From NCBI GenBank assembly GCA_964016885.1, contig OZ024740.1:97464001-97528000 (forward strand): 64,000 nucleotides of DNA, read 5' to 3'. This stretch comes from Eledone cirrhosa. Its lineage: Eukaryota. The notes below the pieces were generated by a model. It saw only the letters and a program-made list of their open reading frames with translations, searched no databases and had not been told where the DNA came from. Made by a program: the position numbers and the translations under genes. Shown here piece by piece: positions 25,230 through 41,399 of the stretch. Each line of letters opens with the position of its first letter. Within the stretch, counting starts at the first letter, position 1.

Positions 25230-25612
25230 AAAAGTTAAGAAGATCGCTGGTATAAATACAGCGTCCTCCAGCCAGCGTCTCACTCAATGAATCTGGAGAA
25301 TTGCAGTTATGCAACTGCAATAAACTGTTCTGACTGCACACATTTAATTTACTGTAGACAGTTGGTTAGTGTTTAGTTAGAGATAGGTGTAAATATCAAC
25401 CTCCTGGACGATAGTTTCTATGTAATATAACTTTACAAACGTAGATTTTACTCTTGCAATGTTCAGAAAATCATACAAAATCAGCGGATATTTATGTAAT
25501 CAGGCTATTACTCGTCTTCAGCAGGATTACTCAAAATTATGCTATAGTTATGAATGAAACAGTTCTAATCCTGTAGAAACCATTTCTATATATAAATTAT
25601 TTCTATATATAT

Positions 25613-26490
25613 ACTGGCCCAATTACCCGCGCCTTGCTGTGTTTCACATACTTTTTTTGTAAGTAAATGATGATTGATTTTAAATCAATGCTAACATTTA
25701 TGGAGAAAAAGTCTGCTGCATTTCAATATTACTCAATGTAAAATGTAATGCATGAAAAATTGTAAAACATTTTTTCTGTAATATATCAAATCAAAATTAC
25801 GTTATTAAATCTTATTCTTATTTTGTTTCTCATAAATAATTTTTTTCAAAATATCAATTCAAACTTTTTGTGAATAGGAATCATATCTTGTCATTTGCCT
25901 ATGGTTTAAATTTCATATAAATCGAAGGAAAACAAATTTCAGCGGGGGTTTGTGCCTCCAGAGAACCCTTATAAGGGGGTTAACCCCCATTAGGGTGTCT
26001 TAATATTATTGAAATTTGCTGAAATTTTGTGAATAGGCATCATATCTTGTCATTTACTAATGGTTTAAATTTCATATAAATCGAAGGGAAAAGATTCTCA
26101 GCGGGTGTTTCAGCAGGGGTTTTGTGCCCCCGGGGAACCCTTTGATTAAAATGAAATATAGGGGGTTTAACCCCCAAAATTTTCAATATAGGGGGTTTAA
26201 CCCCATTAGGGTGTTTTATATATTACTGTAATTTGCTGAAATGTTGTAAATTGGCATCATATATTGTCATTTACCTATGGTTTCAATTTCATATAAATCG
26301 AAGTGAAAAAGTTTTCAACAGGGGTTTTCAGCAGGGGCTTTGTGCTCCTAGGGGAACCCTTTGATTAAAATGAAATATACTTATCCATGTCCCTGGGCAA
26401 TGTATATATATGATTATGGGGGTCTATCTCTAAAACCATAGGAGTAGATCGTGAACAAACAAACAGACAGGAATACAACTTTATATATAT
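25613..26490 (-). mobile_element. Non-autonomous Helitron-like element with an internal ~3x repeat
   Basis: Minus strand starts atatatataaagttg..tgtctgtttgtttg and ends cacagcaaggcgcgggtaattgggCCAG-T (hairpin plus degenerate CTAG). The block catatcttgtcattt..aaatttcatataaatcgaag occurs 3 times in 25865-26390. Confidence 0.55.
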
Positions 26491-29470
<2,980 letters not shown>

Positions 29471-29537
29471 CCCTAAATTCAATCTTTTAGGTATTTTACT
29501 TAACTTTTCAAAAATCTTTTGATTATATTGAACATTA

Positions 29538-29717
29538 TTGGCAGTATCGGTAGAGGGTCGGACGCCATGCTTTCCAGCATAGTTACGTCCCTTTACGATC
29601 TGAGTTCAAATCCCGCGAGGTTGACTTTGCCTTTCATCCTTACGGGGTCGATAAAATAAAGTACCAGTAATGCACTGGTTAATTGCTGGCCTTGTGCCTA
29701 AAGTAGAAATAATTATT
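29538..29717 (+). mobile_element. tRNA-derived SINE (same family as 23163)
   Basis: tggcagtatcgg...gagttcaaatccc...ctttcatccttacggggtcgataaaataaagtaccag...agtagaaataattatt. Confidence 0.85.
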
Positions 29718-30979
29718 TGAAACACATCATAGTTAATTTACTATATAAGCGATATAGCTAGTAAAAAATAAACTCAATAAAGCCAACTCCATGGGTTATG
29801 TTATTTTTATAATATGACTGTAATTTATTGATTATTCCAAGGTTGCCCTTAATTGGTTAAAACATTCTACATATGCCTATTTCATCTTCTGCTTAGCCTC
29901 AATCTAACGTTTCTCCTCATTTGACTGAAACTATTCTGGGGCACCACTGTAAAAAGATTTAGTTGATTACATTAAACCTAAAATGTATTTATTTCAATCT
30001 CTTTTTGTTGACATGCTAAGTTATAACACATGAATACGGACATGTACACAAATGTAAACATTGACAACCCCCCCCACACACACACACACACATATATAAT
30101 ATATATATATATATATATACAATAGGCTCCTCCTATTTCTATCTTTCAACTTTTACTCACAAAGCATTGGTAACATGCAGTGGGACTGATCCTGAAAATT
30201 ATGTGTTCCTGCATCCTTAAAAACTTTTATGCTTCCTGAAATTCTCCAACACAACACCTGATATTTCCCCTCCATACACACGCACACATATATCTGTGTG
30301 TATTTGATGACTCGTACACTGTTCACTTTCTTAAAATGTGTACATAATTCTATGTACTATACATGCACCTTTGATGAGTTGTAGTGCACCAGAGCACAAA
30401 ACACAACAGTTTTCATTACCATTATTTTAAATTGAACTTCTTTACCAAACTTGCAGGCCTGTGCCTATTTATATTATTGGAAGGAGATTTAGTTGGTATT
30501 TCATGAAGGTTCAGCAACCATGTAGTGGCTACCTAGTTGCTTCATGACAACACGGATGAGATTTTGTCCCTTTCATCCTTGTTTTCAGATCGTGTTTAAC
30601 TTGTTTCTAACGGCAACTTTCTACCCTCTGTTAAATAAATAAAATAAAATAAAAAAATTCATTCTCATAAAATCATTTCAATAATTCCAGACAAATTCTT
30701 TCAACTTCAGACAAAATACTTGAAGGCTGACTTAAAAATATTTTATATATTTTTGGTGCTATTTGTACACTTTTTTCTGTTATTGATAAATCAGTGAAAT
30801 AAATGAATACATAAACTATTCACTCCTCTTGATTCAATGAGTGTGCTTGGATACACATAAAAGTCATGAAGTAGAAATACATCCTCCATTTTCACAAGCA
30901 ATGATGAATGTTTGGAAAGTGTTGCAGTAGATAAGCTTCATGGCATTGCTATGGACTTTGGAATTTGATATCTTTTATA

Positions 30980-31032
30980 TAGTGATATATGTGTGTGCAT
31001 GTGTAAAATATATATATATAATATTATATATT

Positions 31033-31097
<65 letters not shown>

Positions 31098-31109
31098 ATG
31101 TATACATAC

Positions 31110-31151
<42 letters not shown>

Positions 31152-31210
31152 GTATGTATACACACACATATATATCATATATATATATAATATACATATA
31201 TATTTATATA

Positions 31211-31298
<88 letters not shown>

Positions 31299-31420
31299 TA
31301 GATATAATATATATATATAAATATACATATATATGTAAATATATTCTATTCTATATACATATATATACGGAGTATATATATATAAGTATATATATATGTA
31401 TATATATATATATATCATTT
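30980..31420. repeat. Compound (TA)n/(TG)n microsatellite
   Basis: Direct reading. Many other (TA)n tracts occur, e.g. 12473, 21965, 25146, 29326, 38566, 53090, 56117, 57390. Confidence 0.95.
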
Positions 31421-32189
31421 TTTTATTTTTTTTTTATTTTGTATAATGTTTCACTAGTTGGAAAATCAGAAAATCAGATAACCATCTATTGGTGTCTATT
31501 TCACAGACAGACAACAATACACTAGAGAAGCCTAGATGATAAATCACAGAGCAAGGGATAGATCTGCCACAAAGTATTTTAATAGGCAAACACAAATGTT
31601 CAAATATAATCACTAGATATTCTGGCAGCTACTGTTTGTCTGTATTGGGAAAAGTCAATGTGTGTATTAAGTGAAAAAGTGATGTATGTTAGTATACAAT
31701 GAGGAGAACATTTTCTAATATTTTCAGCAGAATGTTTTTTTCCCCAAAATATATGCTGTTTAAAATATTAGATAATTCTTCATATAGGATATTAACCTAC
31801 CTTTTATGTATGAAGCAGCATGAATGCGTCTATGTGATCATATCATATGCTATATAAAAGAAATAGCAGCCAAATCTTCCAAAAATCACCCATAACCATG
31901 TAAATTTATTGCATTTGTACTGGCATGGATGCTTTTATGTGTTCACTTAATGTATATGAGATAGAAGGCAAATCTCCCTCAAAATTCACCCAGCCATGCA
32001 AATACATTGCATTATTCTGGCTCTTTGTATTCCGCGTTCATGTCATGCTGTGACCTACTTGATATCATCTAGTGTAAAAGTACCACATGAGACAGGGGGA
32101 ATTCTGGTGGAGTTTACACCTGATTTTGAGTGTATTTTTAAGTTCAATAAACATGTTTTTTTTTATTGTTGTCCCTTATGTTAGAGTAG

Positions 32190-32292
32190 ACGTAGCATGG
32201 CTGAAAGGTTAAGACATTGTTTCATAATCATGAGATTCTTTGTTCAGTCGTAGTGAATGATATCTTGAGCAAGTGTCTATTACTAGAGCCTG
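32190..32292 (+). mobile_element. Old SINE head fragment (second family; reverse copy at ~48310-48395)
   Basis: gcatggctga..ggttaaga...gttcagtc...cttgagcaagtgtctattactagagcc; complementary motif ggctat..gacacttacccaagatgccatgca at 48312. Confidence 0.45.
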
Positions 32293-32502
32293 TCATATGG
32301 AATGTTTGTAATTCAATGGGCTAGTCTAAATATAAAACTACATTAGCTAAATATAAAACTACATTTGCAAAATATACTTCAAATTACACAACAGCACATT
32401 ACTACATAAAAGGGTTTATTCTAATACTGCAAATTTTTAAAATGTAAAATACATTAAACATTTAAATTAACAAACCTGCATGTAGATATATCCTATCAAA
32501 TC

Positions 32503-32817
32503 TGAGGGTGGAGTATTCGACTTGGCCTGAGCATGGACTCAAACTCAAATGAAATGAAATGATTACAGGATGTTCAGTGCAATATAGCCATCACTCCCTA
32601 TCAGTCACTGCTCTTTCTTCTTCCTCGGTGCACACTGCTAGCAGAGCAGTCATGTTTACACTGTAACAGCAGCAAGAAAACTGGTACGATCAAGCTCAAA
32701 CATTGATCACATGACCACAATTGTACCAACTATAAGCATGCATGAGCAGAAGGCAGTTTGGCAAATCTAAAAATATGTTATGGGTAAAGTGCTCATACTT
32801 TTTGACTTACCCTCATA
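32503..32817. mobile_element. Possible mariner-type remnant
   Basis: Ends tgagggt... and ...actttttgacttaccctca|TA resemble a mariner TIR; the left TIR is poorly matched. Confidence 0.3.
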
Positions 32818-33835
32818 TATATGTGTGTGTGGGTGTGTGTGTGTATAGCTGATTCAGTTTAGTCTTTAATTCACCCCAGCTGATTGAATACCTTTTCAAA
32901 AAACAGTGCTGTCTAGTATTACATTTATATGAAGCTCGTTGGTTTGATATGTATGGGGATGACATCAAATTTGGTTAAATGCTAAACTAAGTTTTCTGAT
33001 GATTTTTATTAGAGAAATGTTAAAATATTACAATAAATTTGAAATCGTATTGGATTTGATATGAATAAGATTAAGAGCTTCTGGAAGAATCTACTTTCAT
33101 GGAGAGCTTCATGTTTACAGACGTCAAACAGGTCACATTCAAGTTATTCTCAGCACTTCAATGAATTAAAAGGTTATCGAAATTGAAATTCCACTTTAGT
33201 GACATTTTAATTTTCATTGGTTAATAAAATGCTTCAATAAATGATCTCCATTGTAGATAAAATTTGTGAATATATAGTTTTTAATAAAGCTGTGAATGAA
33301 TGCCATTTTGTTGCTTTCATTATCAACATTTATATTCTACTAACTAGCTTGTAGTCTAATGTTTCATAAACTGCAGATGGAAGCCTTGAATACTTTATAA
33401 AGAATATGGCAGAGGTGAAAGAAAGCCAAGAGCAAATTCTCAGCCAGTATTAAAAGACTGAGGTAGCTGCAGAGTTGGAATAATTACAACTAACCATAGT
33501 TAGGTTAAATAATTGTTAAGATAAAAGTAAAAGGAAACAAGTGCATGATAGAGTGAGGCAAAAGCCTTGGGTATTAACAGTACTATGTTCTGAATGAATG
33601 AGCAATATTGTGGGAAATTACTGAAATAATTGTGATACTCAGTTGACATCTATTAGCAAAAATGGCCCAAATTGTATACAGTACATGAAGTAGTAGTGTT
33701 GGTGCCACAAGTAAACAAACCTGGTACACACTACGAAGATGTTCGTATTAGTGAAGGGGCTCCAGCCTTAGTAACTATGCCATAATAGATCTTATGAAGC
33801 ACTCACCTTATCTGTCTAGATTTAGAATGTGACAA

Positions 33836-34033
33836 CTGACCCTTGGATGTCTTGGCACTTCTTTACCCAGTGGACATCCTCCCTGCGCATCACATGTCCA
33901 TACCATCTCAGTCTTCTCTCCCGCACACCACAACTTATCCCTCTTATACACAGTTTCTCTCTCAACTCATCTATACTTGGTTGTTCACGCACATTGATAT
34001 TGCACATGCAACGGAGCATACTTGCTTCATTTC
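33836..34033 (-). mobile_element. RTE LINE C-terminal fragment
   Basis: MLRCMCNINV...RERRLRWYGHVMR...VKKCQ, homologous to the other RTE copies. Confidence 0.85.
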
Positions 34034-34070
34034 ACTCCTATAATTTTCGGTGGAAGACGGGGTGTGCGTG

Positions 34071-34330
34071 CCTCTGATGAACGCCAACCAGCGTGAAACG
34101 GACTGTCACCTTCTATATTTGGCAATATACTCTATGCTTAATTAAAAACATTTAGAAGACCATACGGTATCAGTTTTAAAGTAGTGACTATGTCACTACT
34201 TTAAAACTAATAGCGAATGGTCTTCTAGATGTTTTTAATTAAACATATGGTATATTGCCAAATATACAATACATACATTCATGTTTACATCGCTATTTCA
34301 GAGCAGCAATCCTAATAACTATATATATAA
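34071..34330 (+). repeat. Partial HHR followed by a 153-bp palindrome whose right arm is a diverged homolog of the 310-bp satellite unit
   Basis: CTGATGA acgc caacca gcgt GAAA cggact GTC at 34074-34107, with no stem I partner. Palindrome 34114-34266. Bases 34210-34305 align to the satellite sense strand, including the exact 17-mer atcgctatttcagagca. Confidence 0.72.
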
Positions 34331-35339
34331 GAAAATAAGGTTGTTTTTTTTATTTAAAAAAACAAACGAGATGTCCAACACGGGCGAAAGTATAAGGAAA
34401 AATCTAAAATGCAGCTGGAGACTTTTTAAGAATATTCATGTATTTCCTTTACTGGTTTCACAGTTCTTATGTTTTTCAAAAATAGGATTGAGATGGAGGG
34501 CTTGTAGTTTCTCTCACATCTGGTTCGTGTTTGAAAGTTATTCCTGTTTCCTGTGGAAAGTGAGGCACGATTTTCTGTTTTTTTTGTTTTTTTGGGGGGT
34601 TTTTTTAAAGTAATTTTGTCGGTTGATGACTGTTATGTGAATAAGTACAATAAATTTCGCGTCATTCGTGTTCTAAAGTTCTTATTGTATATGTCTTAAA
34701 ATATGTAGCCGAAATTGTTTTTTTATAAGTGAAATTGGTTGGCTGATGACTGTCACGTGAATAAGTACATCAAATTTCGCGCCAGTTTGTGTTTGAGAGT
34801 TCTTAATTGCCATGTTCACAGTTACATGATTGGCCATATAATCTAGGTGCCAGAAAAGGATGGTTTATCATAGAAAGTTTCGTTCCAAACAAAAGATAAT
34901 GTTCAAGAAATGGGAGGGGGAGAAATAGGTCTGGTTCAGTGAGTATGGCTGATGTCGTGCTGAGATGTCAAAATTCAAACGTTCTATTGAAATAAATTTA
35001 ATGATTGTGACGATAGTGGTGGCGGCGGTGATGGTAGAGGCAGAGTAGAAAATAGAAATATATTTTCATTTGTGTGCGGGTCTCTGTGTGTTTGTGTAGC
35101 AAAGTGGTTTATTGTCTTGATAATAGAAATAAAAATGATTCCATTAGTAGAAATGGAGTAGGGTGTTATGTGTGTGTTATGTATGTGGGGTGTATGGTTA
35201 GCATGTTAAATATTAACGTATGTTAAAGTTTGTTTAGCTCTGGTCTTTTATTTTCGAATATAGAGATGGGTTTTTATGTGTGTGTGTGTGAATGTTTAGC
35301 ATGTTATGGTGTTAACATATTAACGTATATTAAACTATA

Positions 35340-35700
35340 TTTAATACTGGTCTATATTTTTGAATAAACATATTTTCCTAATTTATTCGTATTTGTCCAA
35401 TTTATTGTCAGTGGAAAGATAAAGTGGGAAGACTTGGAATTTGGGTGTCTTATTGTTTGTACATATGTCTAGATGTCCACTGACTGGTATCTGTCTTGTG
35501 GTAAGGACTCGTAATAGTTGGCGATGAATTGTCATTCTGCTTGTGACTGTGAGTTTAGTTTGCCCTATATAATCTTCATTACATCCTTTACATTTAATGA
35601 CATAAATTAAATTTATTGATAAGCAAGTGAAATGATTTTTTACAAAAAGTTTTGGCCGGATTGAAATGTTTACATTGTGCCAAATTATCCACCACAAACC
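35340..35700 (-). mobile_element. PLE GIY-YIG fragment (3' UTR probably continues toward ~34330)
   Basis: FTCLSINLIYVIKCKGCNEDYIGQT...RMTIHRQ...RQIPVSGHL...FPLY, homologous to 20853-21437. Confidence 0.85.
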
Positions 35701-35802
35701 CAGCACCAACTGTCAAAAATGTGGTTGTATATATATATATATATATGTGTGTGTGTGAGTGTGTGTGTGTGTGTGTGTGGTGTGTGTGTCTGTGTGTGTG
35801 TG

Positions 35803-36143
35803 TATGAATGAAAAATGGCGTGCTGCGTTGTTGCGAATGTGAACATATGAATGAAAATAGACCGAGAGACAGGATTGTCCATCATCAGTAGTCTGCGGAT
35901 TATCATTGGTATTTCTTCGCATTAAAGACAAATACCGAAAATATGTGGGAGCGATAACTAATTTAAATTATCGGGACCATGTTGTTTGTACACTTTTTCC
36001 TTTTCGCTCAGTCCCGATAACCTAATTTAGTTATCGCTCACACTGATTTTAGGTATCTAGTCTTTAATTCGATGAAATACCAATGATAATCAGCAAACTA
36101 CTGATGATGGACAGTCTTGTTTCTCGGTCTATTTTCATTCATA
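35803..36143 (-). repeat. Microsatellite-flanked inverted repeat element, same family as 55268-56117
   Basis: Arms ~35843-35977 and 36011-36143. The terminal motif gcaacaacNcagcNcgccatNtttcattcata is shared with 56086-56118. Confidence 0.78.
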
Positions 36144-36161
36144 TATATATATATATATATA

Positions 36162-36968
36162 TGAAATACAATAGGTTGAAAAGGTAACACACTAGAGAGA
36201 GATAGTGTACCATCAATAATACAGGGAAAAACTACCGGAGTATGGAATCTATAACCTATGAAAGGCAGGGTAGACACACAATAATTGCAAATATAAATTA
36301 AAATGTATATACGTACCTCTATAACTATATAACACACGTACAAATCCAAAGAGATCTGTTTCGCTTCTTTTCAGCACGTTATTAGCAGGGAATAGCGAGA
36401 GTCTATGGCTCCGTTAATTTATCGTGATATTTTGATCCTTATAACAGTCTTTGCCCTCTCTCTGTTTGGTTGAGCACACTTCTCTGAGTGGTTTTGGGCT
36501 GCTCTTTCTAGCAGCTCGTCCCTCAGACACCACTGGTTCACTACCCTAAACACGCTGTGACATCTCTCTCCCACGTGTAGCTGGACGGTCGCTTTAAATT
36601 CTCTTAGAGCTGTCTGAAATGTATAGCCTTGCACACGCTGATAAACCATGGGCTTTTCCATTTCAGTCAACAATTTCTTGGCGAAACAGATCTCTTTGGA
36701 TTTGTACGTGTGTGCTATATAGTTGTACAGGTACATATATATATTTTAATTTATATTTTTAATTATTGTGTGTCTACCCTGCATTTCATAGATTATTGAT
36801 TCCATACACTAGTGGTTTTTCCCTTGTTTATTGATGGCGCACTATCTCTCTCTAGTGTGTTACCTTTTCAACATATTGTATTTTAAAGAGCTCAGGATTC
36901 CTTTTCCTTTGAGCACATTATTGACAGGAAATAACGAGAGTCTATGGCTCCGTTAATTTATCGTGACA
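36162..36968 (+). mobile_element. (TA)n-flanked element with ~200-bp inverted arms and a full HHR; probable PLE terminal repeat
   Basis: Arms 36163-36364 and 36681-36884. Direct repeat cgagagtctatggctccgttaatttatcgtga at ~36395 and ~36935. Confidence 0.72.
36621..36720 (+). ncRNA. Type-I hammerhead with a G8A core lesion
   Basis: tatagc ctt gcacacg CTGATAA acca...tggc GAAA cagatc tctttg gatttg TA cgtgtgt gctata: 7-bp stem I plus 6-bp extension, 7-bp stem III, GUA site. Confidence 0.72.
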
Positions 36969-37367
36969 TATATATATATATATATATATACCCTACAGAA
37001 GGGGTGGACATGACACATACGATTTGTCTGTCACCGAAATTATGGAGATAATCGAGAAGGGAACTCGGGTTTTCAATAAAAGGAGTAACTCGTTCAGTTC
37101 CTGCCAGCACAGATCATCTGGAAGCTTTCTCAGACTGTACGGACTAACAACATAGTTGTACTGGTTGAGGACCAGTGCAAAGCTTGACCGTGGGAGCCGA
37201 CGTGACCACACAACAATCCCAGGGTCAGGCGAACCCTGGATAGCTTGTATGCACACCTGGAGTCTCTGAGTCTCCATATTTAATATCCCTTGTTCCTTAT
37301 TCTCTGTATCAATACCAACCGTTGTTTTTATGTATATTTGTCCCGTTTATTATTATGTTCTCTATAT

Positions 37368-37752
37368 GTGTACATGAATTTATATCTATATATTTTCTGT
37401 CCTTACTTTCCCTTCCCGCAGCTCACTTCCATAGTCTAGCAGCCCTTTTGATAGTATTGATGCCATTGTAGATACAACTGACTTCTATTGTGGTTAGTTA
37501 TTTTCTGCACTGTAATTATTGCTAGCCTTGTGCCTTAGGGTGGAAGAGAGGACTGTATTAATTGTGCATGAATTTATATCTCTCTGTTTTTCTGTCCCTA
37601 TTTTCGCTTCCCACAGATTACTTCCGAAGTCTAGCAGCCATTTTAATAGTTTTGATGCCATTGTAGTTTCAAATGACTGCTATTGTGGTTAGTTTGTTTT
37701 TTCTGCACTATATTTATTACTAGTCTTGTGACTTAGGATGGAAGCGAGGCCT
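37368..37752. repeat. Diverged tandem duplication, 2 x ~195 bp
   Basis: catgaatttatatct...ttttctgtcc...gtctagcagcc...gatgccattgtag...tattgtggttagtt...cttagg.tggaag occurs at ~37370 and ~37565. Confidence 0.85.
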
Positions 37753-38001
37753 TTTTGTTGCGGCCATCACCGTGGTGGGCTAATTCACTGGTGTTGTTGT
37801 TATTGTTGTTGGTGTTACCGCTGTCTGGCTCTCGGGTAATGGGTACTCACTGCCATTGACTTGATACTTATATCAATGATACCATACAAGAAATAGGACG
37901 TGTGTTTGTTTCCTGCCGGCGGCATTTCAAACAAATCGGTTATCATCTGAGAATAACGTTCTCAGAACAACAACAAATGCATGATGGACTTCTCGATTGC
38001 A

Positions 38002-38409
38002 TGTAGAACCGAGGAAATATAAAATGTAATGTAAATATAATGATTAAACGAGTTATGTAACCTCAACATCTTACGCGCTCGCCTACACAGCGGCTAAACA
38101 TCAAACGATTATTTTTGTATAAATAGAGTGGTTCCAAACACTTTCGCCAGTCGACATTTGGCAGAGTCAGCTAACGTATCGTTGTTCCTCTACTCTGCCA
38201 CACTTGTCACTCACACACGCCTTGTACCTCTGTATCGTCGCTTCCTGTATGGAATAAATTGCTGAACGAAACTACATCTGTTACCTGCTCGTCCTTTTAA
38301 CTTCTTCTTTCGTCTGTTCATCCTTACCGTATGCGATAACATTCCTTTTAAGGGCTATTCTCAGATCCGATCAGAAGTAGTGACCAGACCCACTAACCAC
38401 GCCACTACA
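38002..38409 (+). mobile_element. Possible solo LTR
   Basis: TGTAG...CTACA termini, internal TATAAATA (~38118) and downstream AATAAA (~38253). No TSD seen. Confidence 0.4.
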
Positions 38410-38563
38410 TATATATATATATACATACACACAAACATATACATGTATATATAAAACATAAATCTGAAAAGGCTCTGACTCACACGCATGGTTATAAACA
38501 AATATATACATAATTAAGATAATAAGCCTATATGTACATATGTATTTGTGTGTGTATATATGA

Positions 38564-38614
<51 letters not shown>

Positions 38615-39028
38615 AAAAGAGTCAGGGCCCCGACGGCTGAGCTCCGGCCGTTTCGACAGCTAGGTCCGATCTAAGCTACCAATATTAGAACGCTAGGAAT
38701 CTAGCTGAACTTATGAAGGGGTACAGTCCATATATGAGCATGTGGTTAAAACAAAGAAAGCAGAAATATCTGACCAAAAAATCCTAAAAATTTGTTGTTT
38801 TTCTTGTCTGGCACAGGGAGTGGTCGACGATCTGGGATGTTGTGTACATTAAATTCCTTCATAGAGGCGGTAGGTTGAACAGGCCTGAAGAACAAAATGG
38901 AGGGAGTAAGAAGGCAGTCTGACCTGTGGATGCCAAGCCAGTCAGGCGTGCATGCACCACATTAAGAAATAAGTCTATACAACTATCTTTCATTTATAGA
39001 AACGGTAAACTACAATTCAAAGAGATAA

Positions 39029-39084
<56 letters not shown>

Positions 39085-39360
39085 CTGTGTGTGTGTGTGT
39101 GTAATATGGCGGACTGTGTGTAAAAATATTGGTTGCCAGGAGATGAAGTGTGCCCACCTACATATAGAATGCTATCCTTTAATTTTTATAATGAATAAAT
39201 AACGTTTTCGAAAAAATACATAAGTGGAAACAAAACAGTGCAATCAAATTTTTGCGGATAAACATCTTCCCTTCTCCAATAAAAAAATATTACGTATTTT
39301 GCAAAATCCAGAGACTTTCAATAATGACCATAAGTCGACCCTCAATATTACAAATAACTC

Positions 39361-39740
39361 TAGGGAAGCCATGAACGACACCACATCTTTTTAACTTTGA
39401 TTTTGAAAGTTGGTTTAAAATTATCAATTGTCATTATACTTTTGTGGCCTAGTTGGAGGAATCATAGACGGTAGTGATCCGCGTCTGAAGTTCGGTCCTG
39501 GTCGGATGTAGGGTTCCCGGTAAACCTGTTTCCGGTTTTTCTATTGGTTGTAAAATAAAAACTGAAAAACGTTACATGTACCTCTTGACCAGGATTGAAC
39601 CCAAGGCCAGGATCTCCACCGTCTCTAGTACCTACCACTAGGCCACTGAGACAGCTATAAAATCTTGTAAAAATTTAAACTTATAAACCTACTTTTAAAA
39701 TTTTCAAAACAGTATTGTGGTGTCGTTCATGTCTTTCTTA
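39361..39740. mobile_element. TA-flanked MITE-like inverted element with two inward-facing tRNA-like heads
   Basis: TIR core catgaacgacaccaca/tgtggtgtcgttcatg. A/B-box segments at 39444-39505 (+) and 39584-39650 (-). Confidence 0.65.
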
Positions 39741-39825
39741 ATGTTTTTGCTCCTACTTACGGTCGTCTTCTAAATCCTTCGGGTGTTCCATAAACTATAT
39801 CCTCGTTTTGTTTCACATCTATCTC

Positions 39826-40318
39826 AGAATGTGGTATGAGCATAAGCCAGAGTCGGTGATAGAAAACGATCAGGTGAAGGTGCTGTGGGATTTTAGGATA
39901 CAGACTGACAAGAAACAGGAACACAATAGACCTGACCTGGTGGTTGTGGACAAAGAAAAAAGATCGTGCCTGATTGTGGATGTGGCCTGCCCATTCGACA
40001 CGAGAGTGCAAGAGAAGGAGAGGGAGAAAATTAACCGATACCAGGACTTAAAGTGAGAGGTAAAAAGGATTTGGAACTGCCATGAAGTCAAAGTGGTCCC
40101 GATTGTCATAGGCGCACTAGGTACTATCTCAAAAAGTTTCCAGGAATGGTTAAAGAAAATTGGCCCCTTCACGCTTTTTGGAACGCTTTAAAAGGCATGC
40201 TTGCTGGGAACAGCAAGAACCCTCCGATACGTCCTGAATATCTGAGGCTGCGGGTAGTGGCTTGATATTCATTTCAACAAACTTTCCAGTTAACTAACAT
40301 CAATGACTGAGACTCAAA

Positions 40319-40417
<99 letters not shown>
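39826..40417 (+). mobile_element. 3' fragment of an R4/Dong-type element (RLE domain) with (TAA)n
   Basis: WYEHKP...VLWDFRIQTD...NRPDLVVVD...IVDVACPFD...KINRYQDLK, then 3' UTR and (TAA)n at 40320-40417. Confidence 0.85.
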
Positions 40418-41399
40418 GGAACGAAGACGCACGAGGTGGTAGAAGGTCATGAAATCGCTCCCGTAAGTTTTTGATTTTTAACATATTTAAATCAATTGTG
40501 AAATAACAATTCTTAGTACAAATGTTGCATAAACCACCGAATCAAGTCCCATAAAATTTCGGATCCATATTATATTGTTATATCGCTCAAATATTCAATT
40601 TTGTATTATATATTTTGTATTCAAAAAAGAAAATGGTTATAAATGGAAGTAAACACCCTCTGTCTACACTATATAGAACAGCCAAATAACAGCAATTTCA
40701 CCAACACCAGAAACTTGATACACCACCTACCCCATCACACTAAATATAACAGCCAGATAACGGCAATTTCACCACCACCATCACCAATCCCAGCATCATA
40801 ATAATAATTACTATTATTATTGTCTCAAGTTTTAACAAAATGTTTAATTCCAATTTTACGGGAATATGTCAACACAATATATATTAAACATACGCGACAC
40901 AAACTCATAGATACTACATATCACAAAACTCAGTAACGACAACGCCACCGCCGCCACCACTCCATCCATCATTGCTACCACTATCCCATCACCGCCGCCA
41001 CCACTCCTTCATTGCTACCACCACTATTCCCCTGTTAACTTGAGAGAGAAAGGGGGAGGTGGCGGTATCACTACACAAGGGAGAGGCTAGCAAAATATAT
41101 AAATAGATTGACTTAGTGACCTGGCCACCGGTCAAACGTCAACATCAACAACTATGGCACTGCTGGCTCACCCCTTCCTCACCAACAATATAAAAAGCCC
41201 CAGCACCACCATCGACATAGCCAACAACAATAACAGGCAACTTCAGCAAAAAGTATATTATATTATTGTAATGCACTGGGTGATTGCTGGCCTTGTGCCT
41301 GGAGTAGAGACAATTATTAATAATTTCATTCTTAAGCCACGCAATGCTCACATTAAGGAACTACTCATGATAATAACAATTTAAAAAAACAACAAAAAG

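Noticed and set aside
30938-31525. YI/IY-repeat ORFs (also near 25114, 29274, 57250 and others)
   Set aside because: Translations of (TA)n microsatellites.
36993-37400. LTR-retrotransposon gag/PBS fragment
   Set aside because: Only a vague resemblance; no diagnostic motif or paired LTR.
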